Of a stretch of 64,000 nt of DNA, positions 13,850 through 26,955 are shown piece after piece. The notes beneath the pieces are model-generated. The model ran no database searches. It had not been told where the DNA came from and saw nothing but the letters and a program-made list of their open reading frames with translations. The DNA comes from Hemiscyllium ocellatum. Lineage: Eukaryota. The position numbers and the translations under genes are program-made. The stretch's first letter is position 1, and each line of letters begins with the position of its first letter. The stretch is taken from NCBI RefSeq assembly GCF_020745735.1, contig NC_083416.1, forward strand, positions 38,465,131 to 38,529,130, given 5' to 3'.

Positions 13850-14250
13850 CATTAGAAGAGAGACAAAAACAGACAATATTTAAAAGGTATCTGGATTTGC
13901 ACTTGCAGTGCTGTAAGCTACAAGGCTATGGACTAGGTGATGGAAGGACAAAGAACAAGAACAATACAGCACAGGAACAGACCCTTTGGCCATCCAAGCT
14001 TACGCTGACACATTTTGCCCTTCCATAATAAAACTGTGTTCACTTACAGGATTCCTATCCCTCTATTCCCTTCCTATTCATGTAATAATCCTGGTGTTTC
14101 TTGAATGCTGCAATTGTGTCTGTTTCCACCATTCACTCTGGCAGCATGTTCCAGGCACAAATGTAGGGGAAAATAAGTTTTTTGTTTAGCTGGTGCATCC
14201 ATAATGGGCTGAATAGTCCCTTTCCACGTTGTAGATTTTCTATGGTTCTA
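13850..14250. mobile_element. CR1 3' fragments, one (-) inserted in another (+)
   Basis: atttaaaaggtatctgga...gctatggactagg (+) interrupted at ~13950-14160 by aagaacaatacagcacaggaacagaccctttggc (-). Confidence 0.65.
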
Positions 14251-14929
14251 TGCAACAGGAATTCAGATGTCCTCTCCCCTTCACAACACTCCACATCATC
14301 GAGGTCAATTCAATATGTTAAAAATCTCTTTTAGATTGTCGCATGACCATGCCAGTTTACTACGCTGAATGGGCTATGGATTCTGATGTAGGCTGCAGGC
14401 ATGATCCTTTTTAAATGGTGAAAACCACAGCACCCATTTTATCTAGTGTGGGAAAGAAGATCACATCCTGGTTTAACAAGAAGAACCTTTTGTTCTAATC
14501 AAGATATAGTTACATTTTAGCAACTATTTACAGGTCAGCTTAATATGATAAACCTTGCTACAGAGACCTTGATGCTCACTGCCTGTCCTGAGTCCACCTC
14601 TTGCTCATTTCCCTAAGTTTTACTAATTGTCTATTTCTGAGTTCTTCTCTGACATGCTCCTTAATGAAATCCATGTACACACATTCCTCAAAACAAAATC
14701 AATGCAGACATGGCCTTCTCTTAACAAAACCATGCTGACTGTCCCTGATTAATCCATGTCATTTTAAGTGATAATTTATCCTGTTTCTCAGAATTGATTC
14801 TAATAATTTGTATGCCATCAAAATCAAACAGATTTGCTTATAATTATTTGGGATTAATTCTGGAATTACCACTGACCAAAAGCTAACCGGAAAAACCATA
14901 TGAATTGTATGGCTAACGAGCTAGTTGAA

Positions 14930-17010
14930 GACTGGGAACTCTGCAGCAAATAACTCACCTCGTAAATTAAAGCCTGTCCACCATCTTTAAGGTGCAATTC
15001 ATGAATGCGATGTGTTACTCTTCACTTACCTCAATGAATATAATTCCAATTACACTCAAGAGGCTTTGCAATTTGACCAGCACCCAGCTCGCCACCTTAA
15101 GCATTCACTCCCTTTGCAGTCGAATGCAGCCTTGATGTCAAAGGCTGCCATTCTCATTTTATCTCTGCAATTCAGCTTTTTTGACCACCTTTGAACCAAG
15201 GCTGAAATGCTGTCAGGAGCTGATTGTCCCTGAGCATTACTGACCAGGTTATTGCTGAGCAGATGCTGCTTGATAAAACTGTTGATGAAATTTTTCACCA
15301 TTTTACTGATGATTGGGAGTAGGCTGAAGGGGTGGTAATTGTCCAGGTTTACAAGACATACCTGGGCAATTTTCCATGTCGTTGGATATATGCAGTGTTG
15401 TAACTGTATCAGAACAACTTGGGTAGGTGGGCAGCAAGTTCTGCAGTCAAGTCTTCAATACATTTGTTGCACTCGAATGTTGTTAGGGCCCACAGACTTT
15501 GCAGAATTCAAAGCCTTCAACGATTTCATGATGTCACATGAAGTGAATTAATTTGGCTAAGTACTGGTAACTATATTGCTGGGGACTACTGGAAAAAAAC
15601 TGAAATGTATCATCCAATCCACACTTCTGGCTGAAGATTGTTGCAAATGCTTCAGCCTATTCATTTGCACTGTCATATTGGGATCTTCCACGATTGAAGA
15701 TGGGGATATTTGTGGAGTGTCTTCCTCCAGTAAGTTGCTTAATTGTCCACTACGATTCACAACTGGATGCAGTATGACTTCAGAGCTTAGATCTGATCTG
15801 TTGGTTGTGAAATCACTTAACTCCATCTATCACTTGCTACTTATGCTGTTTGGCACATAAGTAGTCCTGTCTGGTAGCTTCATTAGGTTGACATCTCACT
15901 TTAGGTAAACCTGGTACTGCTCCTGGCCTTCTCGCCTGAACTCTCCATTGATCCAGGGGTGATACACTGTTTTGATGGCAATAGTTGTATGTGGGATATG
16001 CCAGGACATGAGGTTGCAGATTGAACTGGATTACAAATCTCTTTGCTGTTGGTAACCCATGGTGCTTCATGGATGCTCAGTCTTGAGTTTCTAGATCTTT
16101 TTGAAGTCTGTCTCATTTAGCACAGTGACAGTGTCACACAACATGATCAGCAGTATTCTCAGGGTGAAGATAGAACTTCATCTCCAAAAGGACTGTGCAG
16201 TGGGCATTTTTTATTGATACTGTCATAGACAGATATATCTGCAGCTAGCAATTTGGTAAGGATGAGTTCAAGTATGTTTTTCCCTCTTGTTGGTTCCTGT
16301 ACCACCTGCTGCAGACCCAGTCTAGCAACTATGTCCTTTAGAAACCAACCAGTTCAATCAAAAGTATTGTTTCCGAGCCACACTTAGTAGTGGCCATTGA
16401 AATTACCCAACCAGAATGCTTTTTGCACCTTTGCCACCTTCAGTACTTTCTCCAAGTATTAGTTCATCAACTGAAAGAGGATGGTATGTATTGAAAAGAT
16501 GGAGGTTTCCTTGTCCATTAGACTCCAAGGGGTCCAAAGTCAATTTTGAGGAAATCCAAGGCAATTCCCTCCCGACTGTATAGCACTTTGCTGTTACCTC
16601 TGTTGGCTCTTTTTCTTGATGTAACAAGTCATATCCTGGGATAGTGATTGTGATGTCTGGGATATTGTTTGTATTGTATGATTCCATGAATATGACTATG
16701 CTAGGCTGTTGCTTGACTAATCTGTGAAATAGCTGTCCCAAGTTTGACACTAACTCTCAGACGTTAGTAAGGAGAACTTTGCAGGGTCCACACGCCTGTT
16801 TTTGCCATTCTCATTTCTGGTGCCTAGGTCAATGCAGGTGATTCATCCAGTTTCATTTCTTTCTTGAGACTTCATTGTGAGTGACTTGCTATGCCATTTC
16901 TGAGTGCAGTTGAGAGTCAACCACATTGCTGTGGCTCTGTAGTCACATGAAGGTCACACCAGGTGAGGATGGCAGATTTCCTTTCCAGAAGAACATTAGT
17001 GAAAACATTT
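14930..17010 (-). mobile_element. CR1/L2-group LINE (APE endonuclease + start of RT), degenerate, with SINE-like 5' region
   Basis: LFHRLVKQQPSIVIFMESY...ITIPGYDLLH (16403-16750, APE); LLSNNLVSNAQ...AAFDIKAAFD (15056-15301, RT). Confidence 0.8.
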
Positions 17011-17779
17011 GGGAAACTGATGGTAATAACTCCTGCGTGCATTTTGGATCTAATTTTAGTTAATTTTCAAAATTCTACACCGCATCATCTGTTTATCCGA
17101 AGAGCTCTTGCTACAGTTATTTGAAATGTGTCCTTCAGCAATATGAGATGTATTTTGGTGTTTTTGCATTTCTGAAGACATCTTCAGAACCAGGCAAGAA
17201 ATAAACATAATTACTCAGCTCTGAATAAGCATCTTAAAATTTAGCTCAAGGATATCACATTAAAAATGCTTCAAATCTTTTTTTCTGTGAGTGGCTTAAG
17301 TTCTGCTTAAAGACCTTAGATGTTGGATTATTGCAGACAATAAATATGGAAAATTAATTCATGAAATTAATGTACCTATTACACAGAACAAACAATTTGA
17401 CAGCACAAGTGCCAGAGACTGAAACATGATTAGAAACTAACTTGTGCCAAACAGCTTGCTTGTCACCAACTTAAATCATACATCCCATGGTGTATATGCA
17501 GCCCAATCATAATAGGTTTTAACTGTACTGATCTAACATCAAGACTATTATATTTTAAAATTCATACCTAATCCAAAAAAATCTTCTGTTTTGTATTAAA
17601 GTTGAATATTGACAGTCAGTTTATACAACATATAATTGCAGCGCAGGAAACAAATATAGAAGCACTTCAAGAAGGTTTCCATTCAGTTTATAGTATGACT
17701 CAAGCTTCTATTTGTCACTCTTTTCAGTCTAATCTGTCAGTTTTGGATCACTTATTGGAATTTTGCCATGTCATTTGGA

Positions 17780-18040
17780 TGTGGGTTCAAATTATATTCT
17801 CGAGACATGAGTCACAAAGTCAAAGCTGATACCTCATTCAGTGCTGCATTACCGGAGCTACTTCCATTAAAATGCCTGCCTCATTGGTAGGTGTGAAAAA
17901 TCATACAGAACTATTTCAAAAAAGAGTAGGTTCATTCACCCCAGGGTCCTGGCCAATATCTATCTCTCTACTAACTTCATCAAAATAACTTGCCAATTGT
18001 GGGATCATGCTAAGCCCATTGGACTGCCATATTTCCCCTT
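17780..18040 (+). mobile_element. Deu-domain SINE remnant (SacSINE1/AmnSINE-like)
   Basis: B-box-like gggttcaaatt then aagagtagg...ccccagggtcctggccaatatctatc, resembling the DeuSINE core (from memory). Confidence 0.6.
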
Positions 18041-18289
18041 GTGATTGTGAAATGAGAGGACAATGTTGTGCAGAGAGGTTGTGAATGGTGGAATGAGGGA
18101 AGACAGCTGCTCACAATATTGTTTTGGAGCCTCTAATTTCTAAACCTTCTGTAAAACAAATGGACATACCACTTATCTTTTCAAGCCTCTTCTATTGCAG
18201 TGCCAAAGATTTCTGTTAGGAACCCTCATGACTGGACACATACCAGCAGGTAGTTAATGGTAAAGAGATTTTGTGAACATTTTTTGAAT

Positions 18290-18420
18290 CCTTCTTAACA
18301 TAAATGAATTTTTTTCTTGTCTGTTCCAGGTGAGCCCCTCGATTAGCCTGGGCAGTGGAAACTGAATTCAGGGCTGATAAAAGAGTGGTGTATGTATGAT
18401 TCCCAATGCCTACTGTCATT
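18290..18420 (-). pseudogene. Harbinger Myb/SANT-like gene fragment
   Basis: ALNSVSTAQANRGAHLEQTRKKF resembles the VNAVS..RT..QCRKKF helix seen in copies at 42850 and 62523. Confidence 0.4.
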
Positions 18421-19074
18421 TCAAATCTGCTCATTTTCATTAGGCTGAGGGACTTAAAGGAGAGAATCTTATGAAGGTCTGAGCAACATGGACAATTATG
18501 AGATTTGTGGCAGAGTTGGGCGATAAGTCTGACAAGGCACATCATTAAGACTTCAAGATAATCTCATCCCATCATTTACACTTTTCCATCAAGTGAGATT
18601 ACCTGGCAATGGCAAGTTGCCAATGAACCAATTAAAGCTTGTTATCATCATTGTTGATTATCCCACTCACCCCAGTTGTGATCTTACCAAACTCACGCAA
18701 TAAACTAGCTGTCAGGAAGACTTGTAATGAAAACCAGAATGGGTGCTTGCCAAACTTAACTTGCTGCCTATTTCAAATGACAGCCAAGTTGGACAGGGGT
18801 ATCAACATCTCAAAGCATACTCCATAGGCACTAGCCATATCCACTCCATATCCATGGACACTACATTCAAACCTTTGCTGGCCTCTCAGAACCCTCATGG
18901 CACATTTACAATCCACATGCAGGATGGTTCTTCCTACTAATGTTGCACCTCCAGGCCACTGAGCAGGCAGTGTAGAAGCCATCTAAGGTGAGTGGTGTCA
19001 CATATTGGGGTAAGTGAGTTCTAGTGAAGAAGATGCTGAAGGCAATAGTGAGAAGGCAATAATAGAGCAAGAGG

Positions 19075-19314
19075 TGAGAGTGTGGTGCTGCAAAAACACA
19101 GCAGGTCAGGCAGCATCCGTGGAGCAGGAGAATTGACGTTTCGGGATAAGCCCTTTATCAGGAATGAGACTTGTGGGCCAGGGGGCTGAGAGATAAATGG
19201 GAGGGGGTGGAGTTGGGGGGGAGGGGGGAAGGTAGCTGAGAATGTGATAGGTAGATGAAGGTGAGGGAGAAGGTGATAGTTTGGAGAGAAGGGTGAAGTG
19301 GATAGACGGGAAAG
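19075..19314 (-). mobile_element. Penelope-like element 3' end with hammerhead motif
   Basis: Reverse complement matches 53940-54180; minus strand cattcCTGATAAAGGGCTTATCCCGAAACGTCaattc. Confidence 0.85.
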
Positions 19315-20029
19315 GTGCAGCTCATGTATATACTGTACACAAGATACATGTTAAGGTTCTTAACATGATTGTGTTATTCTCATTCAATTTCCACTTACTT
19401 GGAGTTACAAGTTTTTGTGGTTACATTATTTATTAATACATAGGGAGAGGGCAGGCAGCTTGTCATAGCTCAAGGCTCTCAGCAATCAAAGGGATGTACC
19501 TGTTGCTGTACATCATAACGTTACATCAATGTCAAGCCCACAGAAAGTGCCAGAAGCTGATGGCAAACACATGACATAAGTTTCAACTAAATAGCTGCTT
19601 GTGTGAATGTCAAAGGGCAACAGTCCTTACTGGGAGCTGAGGGGAATTACGGTCAAATCAGGGATACCTTCACAGTCAGTCAAGGGACTTTATCTAATTA
19701 GAATTCGAGGGTTTGGCCATGCTGATCAGGCACAATTCGTCTCGGGATTGTAAGGACATCAGTCAGGGTGCTTTGAATATATTAGCCTGGAAGGCAGAGT
19801 AAAGGAAGGGACTGATTATGTTAACAGTGGACAGAAGAGCAATGTGTGGTGATGCAAAAGCAGCAGAAGTGGTGAGATATCCTCAGTGAGTGAATAGGAA
19901 GTGCAAAGGGTAGGAAGGGTTAGACATTTGGGAGAATGGGGTGGGTGAGAGTTTTGAATCACCGTGATGCCCAATCCATGAGTTTTTATGATGCGTGTGT
20001 CGTGGCAATGTAGATTGTGTGGTACTTCA

Positions 20030-20260
20030 GTTGCTTGAGATACTTATTCTTGCAGAACACTCTGTACAATTGTTTCTTGCATTCCATCTGGCATAGTGCA
20101 CTAATCTGGACCGTTACCTCAGTTCAGGCTGCCCAGATCTTGATCCCTTCTTTTGCCGGTCAATAAGAAATTGTACTGTCCTCATCTCCATCACCCATTC
20201 TACCAGCATCTCATGGTCCCTGTCAGCATGCCAAGGAGCTATCTTCCTTTCTGGGCTGTT
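20030..20260 (-). pseudogene. Harbinger Myb/SANT-like gene first-exon remnant
   Basis: Minus strand RKIAPWHADRDHEMLVEWVMEMRTV, parallel to FEDRDLGVLMDGMAVRRTVLFP at 62523. Confidence 0.55.
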
Positions 20261-20404
20261 CCATTATAGATAAACTTGGAACATCAGGCTGCAAAGAAGT
20301 GGAATGTGAGGATTTTTGCAACAAGTCGTCATAGTCTGTGTAGGTGCTAATAACATCGGCAAGATAAAGGAGGGGGTTCTATACAGTCAGTATGAAGAAC
20401 TAGG

Positions 20405-20492
20405 TTAAAGTGGTGTTGGAAAAGCACAGCAGGTCAGCCAGTATCTGAGGAGCAGGAAAGTCAACTTTTCATGCAAAAACCATTCATCAGGG
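20405..20492 (-). mobile_element. Penelope terminal-repeat fragment nested in CR1
   Basis: tggtgttggaaaagcacagcaggtcagcc...ttcatcagg; minus strand core CTGATGA intact, stem II decayed. Confidence 0.75.
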
Positions 20493-23429
20493 CTTTTGTA
20501 GAAATAGGAGATTTGGTTTCAATGAGAAATGATCATTGAGGTGATCTCTGGAACAGTTGGTACAAGAAGAATGGCTGCACCTAAATTGGCGGTGTTCCAA
20601 TATCCTGGCAGGGAGGTTTGCCAGTGCCAATCAGACAGTTCAAACTGGTGTGGCATGGGAACGGTAATCAGGACGGTAAGTCAGCAATTAAAATGATTGA
20701 GGAGGAGTCAGAGACTAAAACCAGAAGGACTAAGAAGAATAATAAAAAGGGAGAGATTATTGAACACATTGGGACCAGCGGTCTAAAGTGCATTCGCTTT
20801 AATGTGAAGTGAATGACAGATAAGGCAGAAGAAATTAGAATTGGGTTAATACATATAATTATGATTTTGTAGCTATTCCACAAACATGATTGAGAGAGTG
20901 TCAAGACTGGCAGCTGACTGTTCTAGGATTTAGATGTTTGATAGGATTGTACTATAGGCTTCCCAACAGCCAATAGGTGAAAGGGGACCAGATATGTGGA
21001 CAGATTATGGAAAAAAAAACAGGGTTGCTGTGGGTGGGCGATTTTAACTTCACATATATTGATTGGGACTCACTTAGTGCCAGGGGCTTGCGGAGGGGGA
21101 ATTTGTTAAGAGTGTCCAGGAGGGTTTCTTGAAGCAAAATTCAAATAGTCCAATTAGGAAAGAGATCATATTAGACATGGTTGTGGGGAATGAGCCCAGC
21201 CAACTGATTGAATGTTTTGCGGGGGTGCATTTCGGGAACAGTGACCATATTTCTGTAAGTCACTTAACATATATCTTGTGTACAGTACATACATGAGCTG
21301 CACATGTGTTTCTGCTTGGAAATTGGCTTGCAGAAGCATGTCAGTCATAAGTGTCTCCAAGCTCCTAATTGAAGTTCTCAGGGGCTCAAGCATTGTTTAA
21401 GATTGTCCAAATGCAGACATGATGTTGTTGTAAAGTTACTGGTTTGCAGTTGCTGAATTCCATGGATGAAGGGTTGAAGAGGCCAATATTAGTAGAACAT
21501 GGAGGGATGAAGGTCTGGAAAAGCGAGTTACTTATGAATAAGGATAAGAGTATTGGGTGAATGTATTAAATTGGGGGCAAACTAATGCCATAATATTAGG
21601 AAAGAACTGGGAAATGTAGACTGGGAAACCTGTTTGAGGGTAAATCCACATCTAGCACATGGGAGTCTTTTAAAGGCCAGTTGATTAGAGTTCAGGACCA
21701 GCATGTTTCTGTGAAAATGAAGGATAAGAATGGCAAGATTTAGGAACCTTGGGATGACAAGACAAATTGAAAACTTAGTCAAAAAGAAAAAGAGGAATAC
21801 ATAGGGTTTAGTCAACTAAAGAAAGACAGAGCCCTCAAACAACACAAAGATGGCAGAAATGAACTCAAACAAGGAACTAGGAAAACTAAACAGAGCCATG
21901 AAATGTCTTTTACAAACAGAATTTTGAAAAGTCCAAAGGCAATTTAAACATATATAAGCAGCAAGAGGATAGATAAGCAATGGGTAGGTCTACCCAAGGA
22001 CAAAGGAAGGAATTTATGTGCGGAGCTGGAGGAAGTGGGTGAGGACCTTTGCATTGATATTCACAAAGAAAAGTACATGGTGAATGGTGAAGGGTATATT
22101 GATATTCTTGGGCATGCCAATATAAAAAAGGAGGACGTATTGGGTGCTTTGAACCACATTAAGGTAGACAAGTTCCCAGGACGTGATGGAATCTATTGCA
22201 GAATGCTGAGGCAGTCAGGTAAAGGAAATTGTTGTGGATTTGTAGGAAATCATTATATCCTCCTTAATCACAGGAGAGGTTCCAAAAATCTAGAGAATAG
22301 CCAACATTGTTCCTTTATTTAAGAAAGGCAACAGGGATAATCTGAGAATTTACAGGCCACTAAGTTTTATGTCATTGAGTAAGGAGAAGATTCTGAGGGA
22401 TGGGATTTACTCACATTTGGGAAAAAATGGACTGTTTAGCAATAGGCAGCATGGCTTTGTACAGAAAATGTCATGTCTCACAAATTTGATTGGACTTTTC
22501 AAGGAAGTGATGAAGGCGATTGATGAGGGCAACGTGATAGATGTTGTGTATATTGACTTTAGCCAGGCTTTTCACAAGGTTCCTCATGGCAGGCTGATAC
22601 AAATAGTAAAGTCACATGGAATCTGTGGTGAGCTGATAAGATGAATACAGAACTGGCTTAGTCATAGAAGATAGAAACTAGTCGTGGAAAAATATTTTTC
22701 TGATTGGAGATCGGTGATGAGCAGAGTTTTACAGGGATCTGTGCTAGGACCCCTGTTGTTTGTAATATTTTTAAAGGACTTGGAGGAGATTGTAGGTGGC
22801 CTGGTTAGTAGGTTTGGTTATGGGTGTATTGTTGTTAGTTTACAGAAGGCATTGAATAAGTTGCCACATCAAAGATTATTGCAGAAAATGAAAGCTCATA
22901 GTATGAGGGTAGCATATGGCATGGATAGAAGATTAGCTGGCTAACAGGAAGCACAGTTTAGACATAAAAAGTCTTATCTCAGTTTGGCAAAATGTGGTGA
23001 GTGATGTGCTCCAGGGATAAGTGCTGGGACCTCAAATGTTCACAATTTATTTAGACCTCGGAGATGAAGGGACATTCAACTGTATTATTGCTCAATTTGT
23101 TATCAATACAAAGATGGGTAACAAAGTAAGCTATATAGGAAACTATGATAAGGCATTCATTAAGTGAGTGGGCAAATATGTGGCAAATGGCACAAATCAT
23201 GAAAAAACAGTTATCTGAACAATGAGAGATTTCAGAGTTCTGAGATACAAAGGAATCTGTGTGACCTTATGCATGCAATGTGTAAATTTAGTGTGCAGGC
23301 ACAGCAAGTGTTTGGGGAAGCTAATAGAATGGTATCATTTCGTCTAATGGGAATTGAAAGTAGGGAAGATGTGTTTCAGTTACGCAGGGGACTGGTGGCA
23401 TCTCATCTGGACTATTCTGCCCTGAATTA

Positions 23430-23600
23430 AAAGCAAAGTACTGTGGTTTCTTTATATCTGAAACAAACACGCACAATGTTAGGGGAACTCAGCAGATGTG
23501 GCAGCATTTGTGTAGAGAGGGACTCAGTAAGTGTGGCAGCATTTGTGTAGAGAGGAACAGAGTTAATGTTTGACATCTGTATAAATCTTCTTCTAAAGAT
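23430..23600 (-). mobile_element. Penelope terminal-repeat fragment with internal 34 bp tandem duplication
   Basis: actcagcagatgtggcagcatttgtgtagagagg (23487-23520) repeated at 23522-23555. Confidence 0.65.
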
Positions 23601-25046
23601 GAGTGACCCCTAGATTTAGATTCTCTCATAAGAGGAATCATGAACAGTTCGCAGCACTGATCCCTGCGGCATGCCAATCATCACATCTGTTTCTTCTTCA
23701 ATGTTCCAATAACAGGCACTGCTTTGGTCATGTTGGTCACCTTATTTAAGGAAGGATATAATGCTTTGGAGGCATTTGAGAGAAGGTTTGCCAAACAATT
23801 ATCTGGGATGGGGGTGGTATGTTTTATATTATAAGGAAAGCTTGCACAGGCCAGGAATGTATCCTCTGGAGTCAGAAGAGATTTGATTGGAGTGTATAAG
23901 ATCCTGATCCTCAGTGTATAAGGTCTCCTGATATGACTGGAGTGTGTAAGCAGCAAGTATATCTGCACCTCCAATCACAATTTGACAAGATGGTTGACAG
24001 ACAAATCAGTTGCATTACTATTGTGATGGAGAGCAGAAAATTATATGAGAAGGCTATCATTGGCTATGGTTGGCTGGACACCATGAATCTCATTCAGAAA
24101 AACACGTTGCTAAAATTTGAGAAAATTAAGCCATAGCTTTGAAAAAAAATCTGCTAAATACATGTTTTTTTCATTTAACTACTTATGTGAGATTTTGAGA
24201 GGATAAATGGTGAATGATTGTCATCAGTTTTCCAATTGGTAGAGTTAACTTTTTCTTACCATGAGAACAGAAAGAAGAAAACTGGAAGTCTTTTCTCCTG
24301 GAGAGTAATAATAAAATGGACTATATCTTTCCAAATGGTTTTTTTTTGTTTCTAGCACATACTTTAAAAATACCTATGGAACATTTGCCACCATATCTCT
24401 GATAAAGTGCATTTTTGGGGTACAGTGATGAATTTCATCCTTGGTCAAAGAAATGTATTTATTCGGTGATGTCTTCTTTTCAGTTATAGTTTAGCTCCAG
24501 AGAATAATTTAGCAAGGATCCTTCGTAGACTGCTGAGATTTTCCTTATGCCTTCTGTAAATTTACATTTGTTTTCCCATCAAGCTGGTTTGCTATTGCTG
24601 TTTAACTGCATCAATCTGTCTTGCCTGTTTTCTTGCTCTCTCAAGTGTACGGTCAGGGCTAAGCTGACATCTTTCCAGCAGTCTTTCATGTTGCAAACCA
24701 GCTACAATGTAATCATCTTCTCAGTGGTTTGCTAAGTGACACAAGGCTGTGACAAAATTGCCTCCAAATTCCATTTCTTCTTTCTTTTTTGAATATATTT
24801 TGCTTTCTTGGCAATTATATTTTGGTGCAATATGAAACAACTTTACTTTCCAAAAGTTTGTTAAATAAATGAAGAGGATGTAACTTTTGCATTTCTGTCT
24901 TTAATGAGCAGACCATACTTTCATATTTTTATATGTGCTTGAATCTATTTAATCTTTTTGTTTAAATAAAATTTGCATAATAATCAGTCCTAATGACACT
25001 TTTGGGAGGTTTCTGTTTTTCTTTTCTATGTACTGATGTGTTTCTA

Positions 25047-25261
25047 AAAAAAAACAGAAATTGCTGGAAAAGTTCAGCGTGTCTAGCAGCATCTGTGGAG
25101 AGAAATTAGAGTTAATGTTTTGAGTTGAGTGACCCTTCCTCAGAACTGACCAGTAATGTTAATTCTGATTTCTCTCCACAAATGCTGCCAGACCTGCTGA
25201 ACATTTCCAGCAATTTCTATCTTTGTTTCTGATTTATAGCATCTACAGTTCTTTTGTTTTT
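25047..25261. mobile_element. Fold-back Penelope-tail element with hammerhead remnant and 16 bp TSD
   Basis: Inverted arms ~25056-25118 / ~25155-25218; flanks tactgatgtgtttcta (25031-25046) / tactgatgtgattcta (25262-25277). Confidence 0.85.
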
Positions 25262-26009
25262 TACTGATGTGATTCTACTTTGTTTATGGGATAGTTCAAT
25301 ACATTATCTGATCCCATTCAATTCTCTGCATTGTGAAAGAATACTGGCTATCCCTAGATGATATTCATCTGACTCAGCTCAAAAATACAGTCAATTTTCA
25401 GAAACATAAAGATTTTCCCTAATTCATCCAATTCCATGACCAGGAAATTCCTCCAAGCTGTCTCCGCGCTGCCAGTGTTCAGAAATGTGGTAGGAATCCG
25501 GCTTACACATGTCAAATAACACTGTCAAATCAAATGTAGCTCCAAGGAATTTCTTGGCTCTTGCTTGCTAATTTTCCTGGAGGAGGTAGCTTTCCCTTCC
25601 TTTTCTCATCTCTGAATTAAAAGAATATTTTTTTTAATGTAGATGTTGTGGAGAAAAAAATACAGAAACAAAGTTGCAAGCAAGGCGGTGCAGATCGTTG
25701 TGATAGTAATAATGCGAAGGGCAGAAAGGGGGTTAGGATTTCTGAAATGTGTTCAGAGGAATTTTCTAGACTTTTCCATGAGGAAAGAACAGTTGGAGAA
25801 TCTGTTTCGATGAAGTGGGTTAAATGCAGATTAAGTATCAATAGGGGAATGTTTAGGCAAGGGTTAACAAAAGTATCATAAGGTTTATACTGGCTATGGA
25901 AAAAAGTCAAGGGTCAATCTAGTGTAATAATTATTGGAGATGGCCAAATTCAGTCAAGTGAGAATAGATCTGGACTATGAAAATTGGAAATAATAATTGA
26001 CAGTCAAAA

Positions 26010-26420
26010 TTATAGCATTTATCACAATTGATGGATGTCTTAAAATGTTCTCCAGCCATGAAAGTACTTTTTGAAGTGGAGTTGCTTTTGTAATGTAGGA
26101 AACATAACAGCTAACAGAAATATGATGATGACTGGATAATCTGTTTTGTTATGTTAATGAAGGGATAGGTATTGGTCAGGATTCTAGGAAATTCTCTTCT
26201 GCTGTTCTCCAAGATAATTAACTGAGATCTTCTGTGCTTAACCAAGCATACAAATGGAGCCTTGGGCTAGCATCTCTTCTGAAATGCAATATCTCCAACT
26301 ATAAAGATCTTTCAACATGACATTCTATTATCTTCAATTTGTGTACTCATATCCTGACATGGGACTTGAACCTAGCACTTCATACATGAGAGACATGAAA
26401 AGTAAAGCTGGGCCACAGTC
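26010..26420 (-). mobile_element. Deu-domain SINE remnant
   Basis: Minus strand B-box ggttcaagtcc, cctgaccaatacctatcccttc core, and ttcctacattacaaaagcaac...ttcaaaaagtactttcatggctg tail. Confidence 0.6.
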
Positions 26421-26559
26421 AACATCAAAGAGTTGCCTGCATGGAGGAGATGTTTTAGGTGCACTATAGATACATTCCTAAAATGGAAAAGGGTATAATG
26501 GTAACAAAACCAGAGACCTTTAAATGATAGAACAAAATTAATTCTCAATTGGATAAATG

Positions 26560-26955
26560 TGAATTAATTAATGACTGTTAAGGATGAAGGCTCCATACTA
26601 TGGCTGATATGGTATATATGGATTTCCAAAAGGCAGTTGATAAAGTGCCATATAACAGATTCATCAACAAAGCTGAAGCCCATAGAATATAGGGAATAAA
26701 AAAGACAATGTCAACACGGACACAATCTTTATTGATTGACAAGAAACAGTGGCAAATGGTTGTTTTTTTTCAGCAAAAGGTAAACACTAGGATTCCCCAG
26801 GAGTCTTATTTAGACCATTGCTTTAAAAAAAATCAGAGCTGAGGGGAAAGATGGAGGGGAGTAGAACTAATTCATAAGGTATTGCAGTGAGCTTATAGGA
26901 ACATGATAAGCCAACGACTTCTTTCTGTGCTCAGACAATTCCATGTTTCTATGTT
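26560..26955 (+). mobile_element. CR1 RT and 3' fragments
   Basis: gatatggtatatatggatttccaaaaggcagttgataaagtgcca (DMVYMDFQKAVDKVP). Confidence 0.7.

Larger units (their letters stand above)
20300..23930 (+). mobile_element. CR1 LINE cluster (ORF1 esterase tail, APE, RT; at least two elements) with internal insertions
   Basis: GLKCIRFNVK (APE start), KVDKFPGRDGIY, QHGFVQKMSCLTNLI...DFSQAFHKVPHGRL, QGSVLGPLLFVIF; RT restarts at ~22815. Confidence 0.88.

Noticed and set aside
17170-17189. Palindrome ttctgaaga-ca-tcttcagaa containing CTGAAGA
   Set aside because: No stem II, GAAA or flanking Penelope tail; too short to distinguish from chance.
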